This document shows, in pieces, positions 29,259 to 38,715 of a DNA stretch of 64,000 bases. Made by a program: the position numbers and the translations under genes. Location of the stretch: assembly GCA_965199825.1 (NCBI GenBank), contig OZ241329.1, forward strand, positions 2,560,001 through 2,624,000. Direction: 5' to 3'. The stretch comes from Bdellovibrionales bacterium. GTDB taxonomy: Bacteria; Bdellovibrionota; Bdellovibrionia; Bdellovibrionales; UBA1609. Each line of letters starts with the position of its first letter. The first letter of the stretch is position 1. The notes below the pieces were generated by a model. It made no database searches and was not told the DNA's origin. It worked only from the letters and a program-made list of their open reading frames with translations.

Positions 29259-30791
29259 ATGGGAATATTTTTGGCAATCATAGGGACCTGGGCAATGGCG
29301 CTCAGCACTCCTGACTTTTGGAAATGTACCGGAAAAGTGGGCGGCTCATGGCTCCCTGCTCAAAATCCGAATGCGTGCAATGTCTCAGATTTTGGCGATC
29401 CAAAATCGGTTCAATCTAATTACACGTCGGTCATTTATAGCGATGCGAAGTCATCAGCTTCGCAACTTCCTGCGTACATGAACAATATGAATGCCGATAT
29501 TCGCGACGCTGCCACTTACTATTATCAAATCAGAAATGTTGGATCTACCGGAATGGTTTTGAATGATTGGCTTCAGCTCGTGATGGCCACCGCATTTCAA
29601 GAATCCATGTGGTCACATTATCGTTTAGGAAATGACAAGCTTGTAAAAATGATGCGCGGAGATTCAGGCCATGGCCACGGGATGATGCAAATTGATGATC
29701 GTGATTCAGGTCATTACAATGCCCTTCTCAAAAATTCTGCAGGCTGGGAATTGTCGCAAAATATTGTCAATGGTTTAGATGAACTCTTTAATGATGTGAA
29801 GCTGGCCAAAAAATCAAAGTGTGCCACCAACTCGCAAAATCTCGCACGTGCGGCTTATTCTGATTACAATGGTGGACCAGGAAATGAATGTCGTTGGCAA
29901 AATGCGAACAGCTCATGGGCTCGCAATGACGTTAATTTTTTAAATAACTATAAATCAAAACTTTGGAACAATTACGTTACAAACACCAAAGCGATCAGTA
30001 CATCAAACATGTCTTGTTTAATGGAAAAAACAGCTTCATGTTCGGCTCAACCCGTACGTACCACCGCATCGATTACCGTCACATCGGCACCCCACCTTTA
30101 TGACACTTCAGATGGTTCAATCTGCGCTCTTGTAGGCCAAAGCTTAAATTGTGTAAAAACAAAAGATGTTTTGTGTTTAAAACAAAGTTTGGATTTGAGC
30201 GGTGATGCGGTCAGCTTGCCACAACAGCTTCAAGCTCTTCCCCGTAAAAATCTAGATCGCCATACTTTATGCCAAACCATTTTTAAGTCGATGGCTTCTG
30301 TTTCTGAATTCGTAAAAACCGACCGTGATATCTTTGTAAGATCCGCACCTCAAGGGGCCGAACTCACAACTGTTCAAAAAAATAGCCTCAATCAAGTCTT
30401 GGATTTTCAAATCGAAGACAACGGTGATCTTTATTATGGCGTTCAAGTGAACAACCGCTTTGGATATTTTTATGCCGGAAACGTTTTGCAAAATGTGTAT
30501 TGGGCAACCGAACAACTCGACTCAATGAATGATCAACGGGTGATTGCAACTCACGGGCATCAAGTTCAGATCACATTAAAATCGGGACTTAATGTTTACA
30601 ACAAAATCGGTGGAAGCATTGTTTCCAACCTCAAACTGAACGATAAAGTTGTGGTTGATACCGTTGAAATCAACAGTGACAACAATGAAGTTTATTATCA
30701 GGTGATCACATCAAAGGGACCTGGTTATATTTTTAGCGGACACATCCTTCCCACTATGAATTTAAAGCAATGGACTAGGAATTTAAATTAA
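29259..30791 (+). CDS. Secreted protein with lysozyme/lytic-transglycosylase-like domain and C-terminal SH3b-like repeats
   Basis: Signal peptide; AFQES, GMMQI and YNGG motifs; later VRSAP.G and GLNVY..IGG segments with YY.V....GY. Confidence 0.7.
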   Translation: MGIFLAIIGTWAMALSTPDFWKCTGKVGGSWLPAQNPNACNVSDFGDPKSVQSNYTSVIYSDAKSSASQLPAYMNNMNADIRDAATYYYQIRNVGSTGMVLNDWLQLVMATAFQESMWSHYRLGNDKLVKMMRGDSGHGHGMMQIDDRDSGHYNALLKNSAGWELSQNIVNGLDELFNDVKLAKKSKCATNSQNLARAAYSDYNGGPGNECRWQNANSSWARNDVNFLNNYKSKLWNNYVTNTKAISTSNMSCLMEKTASCSAQPVRTTASITVTSAPHLYDTSDGSICALVGQSLNCVKTKDVLCLKQSLDLSGDAVSLPQQLQALPRKNLDRHTLCQTIFKSMASVSEFVKTDRDIFVRSAPQGAELTTVQKNSLNQVLDFQIEDNGDLYYGVQVNNRFGYFYAGNVLQNVYWATEQLDSMNDQRVIATHGHQVQITLKSGLNVYNKIGGSIVSNLKLNDKVVVDTVEINSDNNEVYYQVITSKGPGYIFSGHILPTMNLKQWTRNLN

Positions 30792-31486
30792 TGAAAAAGT
30801 CGGGAGCTTTGCTGACGCTTGCCTTAATGTCGTTTTATTTTTGGACCAAACGTCATCAGACTCCCGAAGTCGAGGGCGCACTCGTTAAGCCATTGTCACA
30901 AAAAAATGTGATTGTGCTCGAGAAAGCCTCGCCCCTTATTATACCACTCAAAGAGGCAGAGCGATTTCAGCTCTGCGCTGAAGACTCGATCCCTCAATGT
31001 TCCACTCAAGCCAATGATCCAAAACAAATTTACTTTGAAACCGCCGAGCGAATTCGTGAAGTTTTAAAAAGCAGCAGAGGCAAATCGGAATCCGAACGAC
31101 TGCTTGTGGCAAGTCAGGCTTTAGAAATTGCAAACGACGATGTTCGTGCTGCGGCCTTGCAATTAATTAGCGATCTTAAAAAACAACCACTCAATTTAAT
31201 TTTTGAAAACTGCTCAGACGCCCGAAGCCCAAGATTGATAAATGAAATGTTTGAGGCCTTTGAAAAAAGCGAAAGCCCAGAGGATCTCACTCGAATTCAT
31301 CAATTTGTGCAGGCCAGTATTCTATCTGGCCCGCTTTCAAGTGCACCAGTGTATGCAGATAAGATTGGTGTCCTGCTCGATTCAAATTCAATTGCTCAAT
31401 ACCAAGATATCTTAAATCAGTTGCCAAAAAATTCGGCAAGGTATCTGGCCCTTGAAACCTCACTCAACGAATTTGCTAAGCGCTAA
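30791..31486 (+). CDS. Hypothetical membrane-anchored helical protein
   Basis: N-terminal TM/signal, HEAT-like DVRAAALQLI segment; TAATG overlap with the upstream gene. Confidence 0.7.
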   Translation: MKKSGALLTLALMSFYFWTKRHQTPEVEGALVKPLSQKNVIVLEKASPLIIPLKEAERFQLCAEDSIPQCSTQANDPKQIYFETAERIREVLKSSRGKSESERLLVASQALEIANDDVRAAALQLISDLKKQPLNLIFENCSDARSPRLINEMFEAFEKSESPEDLTRIHQFVQASILSGPLSSAPVYADKIGVLLDSNSIAQYQDILNQLPKNSARYLALETSLNEFAKR

Positions 31487-32336
31487 TCCATACAATTTGT
31501 TTATCTCGTTTGAACCAAGTCATTTGCTTTTTGGCGAGTTGCCGGGTGTGAAGAACAATCAATTCAAGGAGCTCTTGCTTCGTGATTTGCTCATCTAAAT
31601 ACATTTGGCATTCTTTGTAGCCCACACTTTGGAGCGCCCGACTCTTTCCAAATCCTTTTTGGCGCAAAAGAGTGACCTCATCAATCAGACCATCTTTCAA
31701 CATGCGGTCGGTGCGAAGGCGAATGTGCTCTAAAAGATTTTGAGGTTGAAGCCCAATTTTTTTGATTGGATATGGAAATGGAGTTTTATTTTTGAGGAAT
31801 TTATTTTTTAAACTCGAAAGGGTTTGGCCAGTTTGTAAAAATACCGTCAGTGCCCGCTCAATCCGGTAGTGATCCGCGGAAGAAATTGTTTTTGCTGCCT
31901 CTGGATCCACCCGCAACAGTTCCTGATAAAGATCGCTCTTTGATTTTTTGAGTTGACCCAACAAATCACTGTCAGTGGGGGGAGAATCAAAAACACCATA
32001 TTCTAATGCTTGAAAATAAAACCCACTTCCACCAACCACAAAAATTTGGGCTTTTGTATACCATTGATCAATCACCTCAAGGGCTAAATTTCGAAAGTGG
32101 GCGGCATTGACGGGCTGATCTGGATTTGCGACATCGATCAAAAAATGGGGGATTTCGTTTTGTTCTTTGAACGATGGCTTCGCCGAGCCAATGTCCATGC
32201 CGCGATAAAACTGAATGCTATCGCAATTAATAATAATGGATTGAGTTTTTTTGGCTTCGGTCATGGCCCAATTTGATTTTCCCGATGCGGTTGGACCTTG
32301 AACAAATATAATTTGTTTATGCTCTTCCGAATTCAC
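31476..32336 (-). CDS. miaA: tRNA dimethylallyltransferase
   Basis: GPTASGKS, DSIQFYRGMDIGSAKP, VVGGSGFY, SVGYKE, TRQLAKKQMTWF. Confidence 0.96.
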   Translation of the reverse strand: MNSEEHKQIIFVQGPTASGKSNWAMTEAKKTQSIIINCDSIQFYRGMDIGSAKPSFKEQNEIPHFLIDVANPDQPVNAAHFRNLALEVIDQWYTKAQIFVVGGSGFYFQALEYGVFDSPPTDSDLLGQLKKSKSDLYQELLRVDPEAAKTISSADHYRIERALTVFLQTGQTLSSLKNKFLKNKTPFPYPIKKIGLQPQNLLEHIRLRTDRMLKDGLIDEVTLLRQKGFGKSRALQSVGYKECQMYLDEQITKQELLELIVLHTRQLAKKQMTWFKRDKQIVWISA

Positions 32337-34038
32337 GCTCTATCTCATCAAAGCTTTTCTCGACACACACAGGCCGGCCATGTGGGCAAAAGCTTGAAAG
32401 CGGAAACTCTTCCATCGAAACAAGCAATTCATGCATTTGGTCAAAGCTTAAAGGTTGCCCCGCTCGCACCACCGAATGGCACGCCATCGTAGCAAACACA
32501 TCAGAAATCACTTTTTCCATGGCAAAACTCTCACCCATTTCGAAAGCCTCTTGAGCCAACACACTCAGTCCTTTTACTAATGCCGATTCGCTAATCAATA
32601 AGGGGCCGGCTGCAATCGAGAGACAGGTCGGACTCAACAGCTCAATTTCAATTCCAAATCGCTCAAGCTCAAGACGGTGTTTGATCAAGGCCTCAAGCGG
32701 CGCTCGATCAAAATCCATGGTGAGAGGAATCAAAAATCGCTGCACATCAATCTGCCCTTCTTTCCAGGCTCGCATTAATTTTTCATAGGCCACGCGCTCA
32801 TGGGCGGCGTGCTGATCGATAAGCAAAAGTTTTTGATCGGTTTGAGCCACGATATACGTCAGTCGCAATTGCCCAATGAGCTGCGCTGAGGTCCAAGTTT
32901 TTTTTGGCACAACTGGGGTCTGCAAAATTATATTTTGAGCTTCGCTCCTCGGATAAGTTTTTTGTGAAAATTGTGTGCGTGCGAGTTCGTTCAAATCAAA
33001 AGTTTGGGTGATCTCATTTGGCGCCCTGGAAATCGGGGTCGATTCGAATCGGTTTTTGAGCCATGGGGCTTTTTCTAAAACGCCCCTCAGTGTTGATTGC
33101 ACCAAGCGATAGACCTTTGAGGAATCTAAAAATTTAACCTGTGATTTGGTAGGATGAATATTGACGTCGATATCTTCGGGCGAAACCTTGAGCTTCACCA
33201 CACAGTAGGGATACTGACCATGCATCAAGAGGCCGCGGTAGGCATCCAGGACCGCGGCTTGAAGCATACGATCTTGAATGGGCCGCCCCTGTGCAAAAAA
33301 CCATAAGCCTCGTGAAGTCGAAAGATTGGTGTGAGGTGCCGATAAAAAAACATCGACATGAATATCATCATTCGATTTTTGGGCTTCAAAGACTTCGTCG
33401 ATTTCTAAAATTGAGCGCACTCGGCTTTGGGCATCTTGTGGCAGCCACAGAAAAATCACTTTGCCATTCACCTTAAATCGAAACTGAACCCCGGAATTCT
33501 CAAGGGCCAAGGATTTGAGCATGGCTTTAATATGAGTGACTTCGCTTGTGTCACTCTTTAAAAACTTGAGGCGAGCCGGCACATTCAAAAATAGATCGCG
33601 AACCTCAACCGTGGTGCCGTGACTGCGAGTCACCGCCACAATATCGGATGATTCACCAAATCGCGAAACAATACGATAAGCCTTATTGGTTTTTTGACGG
33701 CACGAGGTCAAAGTCAAAACCGAAACTGCTGCGATACTTGCAAGCGCCTCACCCCGAAATCCAAATGATCGAAGAGCCCAAAGATCAAATGTTGTTTCGA
33801 TCTTGCTTGTGGCATGCCGTTTTAGTGCGAGCCCAAGATCCTCTTGATCAATCCCAACTCCGTTATCAGAAACACAGACAAAGCGGCCGCCCTGATCCAC
33901 ATCGATCTCAATTTCGGTCGCATTTGCATCGAGGGCATTTTCGATAAGTTCCTTAACCAGATGGGCTGGCCGCTCGATCACTTCGCCCGCGGCAATTTGA
34001 TTGACCACATCTTGAGGGAGAAGATGGATTGCCATCAA
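32317..34038 (-). CDS. mutL: DNA mismatch repair endonuclease MutL
   Basis: QIAAGEVIERP, KELIENALDA, GFRGEAL, DVNIHPTK, DQHAAHER, ACH, CPHGRP. Confidence 0.97.
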   Translation of the reverse strand: MMAIHLLPQDVVNQIAAGEVIERPAHLVKELIENALDANATEIEIDVDQGGRFVCVSDNGVGIDQEDLGLALKRHATSKIETTFDLWALRSFGFRGEALASIAAVSVLTLTSCRQKTNKAYRIVSRFGESSDIVAVTRSHGTTVEVRDLFLNVPARLKFLKSDTSEVTHIKAMLKSLALENSGVQFRFKVNGKVIFLWLPQDAQSRVRSILEIDEVFEAQKSNDDIHVDVFLSAPHTNLSTSRGLWFFAQGRPIQDRMLQAAVLDAYRGLLMHGQYPYCVVKLKVSPEDIDVNIHPTKSQVKFLDSSKVYRLVQSTLRGVLEKAPWLKNRFESTPISRAPNEITQTFDLNELARTQFSQKTYPRSEAQNIILQTPVVPKKTWTSAQLIGQLRLTYIVAQTDQKLLLIDQHAAHERVAYEKLMRAWKEGQIDVQRFLIPLTMDFDRAPLEALIKHRLELERFGIEIELLSPTCLSIAAGPLLISESALVKGLSVLAQEAFEMGESFAMEKVISDVFATMACHSVVRAGQPLSFDQMHELLVSMEEFPLSSFCPHGRPVCVEKSFDEIEREFGRA

Positions 34039-34892
34039 TACTCCGTCATGACGCTTAAATTAAAACCGGGGTACTGAGTTTTTTCGAGATAATATTTGGC
34101 ATCTGCACGAACCGCGTACTTATTGAGACGATAAGTGTAAGACAAAGTGCTGCTTGCACCCACGCGGACTTCCTGCGAATCAAAAAGGGCTGGTCCTTGA
34201 GCGGTGTTGATGGTCATTTTGAATGCGGCATAAACCACCAGCGGACCAAATCCAAAACTCAAAAGATGACGCCGTCCCTCAAGCAAAGGAAACATCAAAA
34301 GCGCATCGGTGATCAAAAAATATCCGGTAGCATTCGACTGGGCGACTTGGGAATAATATTTTGGAGCACCAAGATGAAATAAAAAATTAAAATCAATCGG
34401 TGGTCCACTAAACAAAACCCCAGGGCCTGTGAGTTTTAACCCATACAGCACCGTCGGCGTAAAAAGCTTTGTACCCGAAAACTTTTCGGTAAAACTCGCC
34501 ATCCCAAGATTGACTCCGATATAGCGAGTAAAAAAGATGGGATCTCGCGCATTTTGATTGTCTTCGTAGGCCGCAAATTCTGGATTGGCTTGGATGCGTT
34601 TTCTTTTTCCGACTTCTGTGTATTCAGGCAAAAGCTCAACATCAGAAATAAAACCAAATCGATTATTTTTAAAATGAACCCGATAAAAGGTTCCAAAGCC
34701 GCCATCGCCCTGACTCATCTGTAGACTGACACGAACTTTTTGACCCGCACGCAGCTGCATTAAAACTTTGGCATCAAAGCTGGGTGACTCATAGACGCTT
34801 GCGCCGTCACCTTGCACCACCGCAATTTGAGTTTTTGCAGCTTTGTCTTGAGCTGAAGCGAATAAACTAAAAATAACCAAAACCCATGTCAT
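34035..34892 (-). CDS. SH3b-domain protein with C-terminal beta-barrel-like region
   Basis: Signal peptide, VYESPSFDAKV SH3b-like motif, amphipathic strands ending in Y. Confidence 0.65.
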   Translation of the reverse strand: MTWVLVIFSLFASAQDKAAKTQIAVVQGDGASVYESPSFDAKVLMQLRAGQKVRVSLQMSQGDGGFGTFYRVHFKNNRFGFISDVELLPEYTEVGKRKRIQANPEFAAYEDNQNARDPIFFTRYIGVNLGMASFTEKFSGTKLFTPTVLYGLKLTGPGVLFSGPPIDFNFLFHLGAPKYYSQVAQSNATGYFLITDALLMFPLLEGRRHLLSFGFGPLVVYAAFKMTINTAQGPALFDSQEVRVGASSTLSYTYRLNKYAVRADAKYYLEKTQYPGFNLSVMTEY

Positions 34893-35584
34893 GAAAAACG
34901 AATTTTCCAGACTCTATAGAGAGCTTCAAGCACTATTCTCGATGACATTTTGCTCTCTCCCACACGCCGATCCTCAAACAAAATGGGGACCTCTTCCACA
35001 CGAAAATGATTCTTTAAAGCTTTATATTTTAATTCAATTTGAAAACTATAGCCCTCAGACTTCACACTCCCAAGCGGCATCGCCGTGAGAACATGGGCCT
35101 TCCACGCATTAAACCCACCGGTCCAATCCAGCAACGGATAGCCCAAAATCACCTTGGAATAAAAACTTCCACCGCGGCTAATGATCTTTCGCCCGATGCC
35201 CCAGTTTTTGGTGCCTCCACCCTTGATCCAACGTGAGCCCACCACCACATCATTGCCTTCGATCCGCTCCAAAATTTTGAGCAGATCTTCGGGGCGATGA
35301 GAAAAGTCGGCGTCCATTTCAACCAAAACTTCGTAATTATTTTTGAGTCCCCACTCAAATCCAGCGATGTAGGCCCGGCCAAGTCCCTGTTTTTGGGCCC
35401 GCGATAAAAGATGAAGCTGAGGATAATCGCGCTGCAATTCACCAACAACAGATGCGGTTTTATCTGGAGAATTGTCATCGACCACCAACACGTGGGTTCG
35501 CGGGGTGAGACTAAAAATTTCGCTCAACAATGGGCGAATGTTATCGCGCTCATTGTAGGTTGGAATGATGACAAGGGCTTTCAT
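34889..35584 (-). CDS. Polyprenol monophosphomannose synthase-like GT2 glycosyltransferase
   Basis: IIPTYNER, VVDDNSPD, GLGRAY, EMDADFSH, GYSFQIE, FEDRRVGESKM. Confidence 0.92.
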   Translation of the reverse strand: MKALVIIPTYNERDNIRPLLSEIFSLTPRTHVLVVDDNSPDKTASVVGELQRDYPQLHLLSRAQKQGLGRAYIAGFEWGLKNNYEVLVEMDADFSHRPEDLLKILERIEGNDVVVGSRWIKGGGTKNWGIGRKIISRGGSFYSKVILGYPLLDWTGGFNAWKAHVLTAMPLGSVKSEGYSFQIELKYKALKNHFRVEEVPILFEDRRVGESKMSSRIVLEALYRVWKIRFS

Positions 35585-35620
35585 ATTGGGCTTTGAGTAT
35601 ATGTCTCAAAGCTTTATTTT

Positions 35621-35989
35621 TTAAAGACGTTTTTGCAAATGGCGAAGAGGGTCAGGTCGGAGCAAAAATGCGGGATCATGACGCTGTTTTTCGATATATG
35701 TGTTGACCGCAGCTGCTGCAAGCTTTGGGCTTTTCATATAAAGAAGTGGATCAAATCCACAATGAGGACATTTAAGATGAAGCCGCCAGCGCATTTGCAC
35801 CGCAACTTCAGCAATACTCATAAAAACAAAACTTAAAACAAAAAAAAGTGGATGAAAAGTTTCAACAAAAGCCGAGGTGATCAGTCCCGCCATAAAAACC
35901 GAAGCCAATACATTTAAAAAAGAGAGATGTTTTTTTTTGATTCGCACCCGCGAGTTTTTGCAAAATGCACAAAGGCATGCCACGCTCAT
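35621..35989 (-). CDS. Hypothetical membrane protein with two CxxC motifs
   Basis: CAFC, two TM helices, CPHCGFDP. Start taken at ATG 35989 to avoid overlap with the divergent gene. Confidence 0.7.
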   Translation of the reverse strand: MSVACLCAFCKNSRVRIKKKHLSFLNVLASVFMAGLITSAFVETFHPLFFVLSFVFMSIAEVAVQMRWRLHLKCPHCGFDPLLYMKSPKLAAAAVNTYIEKQRHDPAFLLRPDPLRHLQKRL

Positions 35990-36062
35990 GACTCTAACGG
36001 TGTGCCATAAACACTCAAACCACAAGGCCAGCTCGCTCTTTGTCGAGTGATCGGATCGCGAA

Positions 36063-36683
36063 ATGAAAGAATACAAATTCGATCTCGAAAGACTCAAAGC
36101 CGATCTTAAAATTGCCTATAAAGATCTCAAATTCTTTTTTCGCTCTCCTTTAAGTGCAATGACTCTTATTCCTGTTTGGGATTGGCCCACAACACTTGTT
36201 GTTGCGGGAGCTTTTGGAGCGTTGAGTGGCGTGGTGGGTGCGATCATCAATCACAGCTCAATGGGTCTTTTGGTGAGCATTTTTATTTTGCCCTTTTCGA
36301 CCATCTTTTTTTTGAGTGTCGCCGCAATTTTTTATCATTACCTTTTGCGATTTGCCTTTCATAAAGAGGCGAGCATTCATGATTTAGGAATCATGCTCAC
36401 CCTTGCAGCGATGCCGACCTTTGTGTTTCAACCGGTTGCCCGAATTTTTCCACCAGCAACATTAATCGGAATCGCTCTCAGTTTTTATTTATTTGGAATT
36501 GCACTGGTGAAAGCCTTTAAATCTCCAGCCGCCCGCACCATTCAAATCTTAAGTGCATTCTTGGTGATCTATATCGGCTTTTGGGCCTTGAACACCTACA
36601 ATATTGAAAAAGGACGCCAACATATTAAAAAACTCGCAACACCTGAAAGCCTCGATATTTTAGAACAAGAACTTCAAGAATAA
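36063..36683 (+). CDS. YIP1-like multi-pass membrane protein
   Basis: FFRSP followed by about five TM helices. Confidence 0.65.
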   Translation: MKEYKFDLERLKADLKIAYKDLKFFFRSPLSAMTLIPVWDWPTTLVVAGAFGALSGVVGAIINHSSMGLLVSIFILPFSTIFFLSVAAIFYHYLLRFAFHKEASIHDLGIMLTLAAMPTFVFQPVARIFPPATLIGIALSFYLFGIALVKAFKSPAARTIQILSAFLVIYIGFWALNTYNIEKGRQHIKKLATPESLDILEQELQE

Positions 36684-36694
36684 AGGAAAACTCA

Positions 36695-36937
36695 ATGAAA
36701 CTGATTTTATTTTTTATAAGTACTTTTTGTTTACAAAGTTTTGGGGAAGGCCAAGTTTTTTGCACCACTTCCGATGGCGCCACATATGAAGAAGCCCTAA
36801 ATTTAGCCCAAGAAAAAATGAATCAAAAACTGGATACCCTTCGAGTGCGTGAAGCCACTGTCTCTGCACCTTCGCACAACTTGGCTTACCCGCCCTCGCA
36901 TGTGGCAAGTATTTGTGTGACGATCAATCCGCGCTAA
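36695..36937 (+). CDS. Small hypothetical exported protein
   Basis: AAGGA SD, signal peptide, two Cys in the mature part. Confidence 0.6.
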   Translation: MKLILFFISTFCLQSFGEGQVFCTTSDGATYEEALNLAQEKMNQKLDTLRVREATVSAPSHNLAYPPSHVASICVTINPR

Positions 36938-37443
36938 TTGTTGCGTGAACTTTGATGCCCGGTACTCCCAAAGCCGCCGCTGCCGCGTGCGGTCGTTCCC
37001 ACCTCATCGACCTCAATCAATTGAGCTTGGACCACAGGACACAAAACAAATTGGGCAATACGGTCTTGATCACAAACCATAATCGAGTCTTGGCCGTGAT
37101 TGATTAAGATGATTTTTACTTCACCGCGATAATCGGCATCGATGGTGCCGGGCGAATTCACGAGTGAGATTCCATTTTTAATCGCCCACCCACTGCGCGG
37201 CCGAGCCTGAAGTTCAAAACCCAAGGGCACTTCAAAGATCAGACCGGTAGGAATCAGCAACCGATGCCCCGGGCGAATATTCACATTTTCGTTGAGCTGG
37301 GCTCGGATATCAAAACCACTAGCGTGACGGGTTTGATAAATCGGCAGCTCACCTTTAAAATGAGGCAGCTTTTTTACCTTTACTGCAACTTGTTCGATAC
37401 TCTCAGACTTGGCTTCAAAGGATGTACCCATTTGTGTTTCCAT
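36934..37443 (-). CDS. dut: dUTP diphosphatase
   Basis: SGFDI, RPRSG, NSPGTIDADYRGE, DRIAQ, RGSGGFGSTG. Confidence 0.97.
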   Translation of the reverse strand: METQMGTSFEAKSESIEQVAVKVKKLPHFKGELPIYQTRHASGFDIRAQLNENVNIRPGHRLLIPTGLIFEVPLGFELQARPRSGWAIKNGISLVNSPGTIDADYRGEVKIILINHGQDSIMVCDQDRIAQFVLCPVVQAQLIEVDEVGTTARGSGGFGSTGHQSSRNN

Positions 37444-37452
37444 TTCCTGACG

Positions 37453-38715
37453 CTACAACTTGAGAAGTTGTTTTTCAATGCCCTTTGACATCACGTCGCC
37501 AAGTAAAATGGCCTTGAGATTTTTTAGGTCTAAGTCTTGATCGATATAGCTTCTAATATGTTGGGGGGTTAGGGCATCGATCTCTTCGATGACCTTTTCG
37601 ACCGGTCGATATTGCTTAAAGACCATCTCGTTGATGCCTAAAGAATTCATCCGATTGTCCATATCGTCGGCACCCAATAAAATCTGCCCTTTGATTTGGC
37701 GCTTATAAAAATCAAGTTCTTCCGAGGACAAACCACTTTCAACCAATCGCTCCATCTCAATCTTGATTTGTTGCAAAGCCCGCGGCGCCTTTGCCTTGGA
37801 CGTGCCAACATAAATCGACAACAAGCCCGAATCGGTAAAACTTTGCAGCGAAGAATACACCGTATAAGCAAGTCCCAGATCTTCGCGAATATTTTGATAC
37901 AGTCTTGAGGTCATTCCCCCACCCAATACGGCGTTAAGAATGTAACTCTCGAAACGTTTTTGATCGGTAAAAGAACTTGCCGGCCAGGACAGCAAAAGAT
38001 GGGCTTGCTCCGAGGGCTTTTCGATTAACTTTTTAAAATTTTTTAAAACAGGCTTTATACGTTTTGGAATCTGAATCGAAGCCGCGGTTTGACAACGAGC
38101 TTCTACAAATTCCACAACCTTTTGATGATCCACATTACCAGAGACCGCAACAATCATATTTTCGCCGCAATAGGTGCGGTTGTAGTGATTCTTTACCTTC
38201 GTTCGCGTTAGCTTTTGGAGGCTCGCCTTTTCGCCCAAAATCGTCTCGCCCAAAGGATGTCCCTGGTAGGCTCCTTGAAAAAGAAGATCATAAATCCATT
38301 CGTCCAATTGCTCTTTGGCCATATCGGCCTCTTGCAAAATCACCTGGCGCTCATTCTCAAAATCTTTGTTTGAGAATTTGCCAAAACAAACAAGTTCACA
38401 CAAAACGCCTAAGCTGATTTCAAGATGTTCATTTAAGCTGAGAGCATGAAAGCAGGTGTACTCTCTGGTTGTGTAGGCATTGAGATCGCCACCCACGGCC
38501 TCTAAACTTTTTGCGATTTCAAAACTGCTTAAGGATTTTGTGCCTTTAAAAACAAGATGCTCGATAAAATGAGCCGAGCCTTTTAAATTTTTTGGTTCAT
38601 CGCGAGTGCCGATCTCAACAAAAAATCCAACCGCAGCTGCGCGGCTTTGAGGATGGCACTCGGTGACTATCCGAATGCCATTTTTTAATTCTGTTTTTTG
38701 AAAAACTGCGTTCAC
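37453..38715 (-). CDS. M16 family (pitrilysin-like) zinc peptidase
   Basis: HFIEH inverted zinc motif, NAYTTRE, LGGGMTSRLYQNIRE..GLAY. Confidence 0.93.
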   Translation of the reverse strand: MNAVFQKTELKNGIRIVTECHPQSRAAAVGFFVEIGTRDEPKNLKGSAHFIEHLVFKGTKSLSSFEIAKSLEAVGGDLNAYTTREYTCFHALSLNEHLEISLGVLCELVCFGKFSNKDFENERQVILQEADMAKEQLDEWIYDLLFQGAYQGHPLGETILGEKASLQKLTRTKVKNHYNRTYCGENMIVAVSGNVDHQKVVEFVEARCQTAASIQIPKRIKPVLKNFKKLIEKPSEQAHLLLSWPASSFTDQKRFESYILNAVLGGGMTSRLYQNIREDLGLAYTVYSSLQSFTDSGLLSIYVGTSKAKAPRALQQIKIEMERLVESGLSSEELDFYKRQIKGQILLGADDMDNRMNSLGINEMVFKQYRPVEKVIEEIDALTPQHIRSYIDQDLDLKNLKAILLGDVMSKGIEKQLLKL

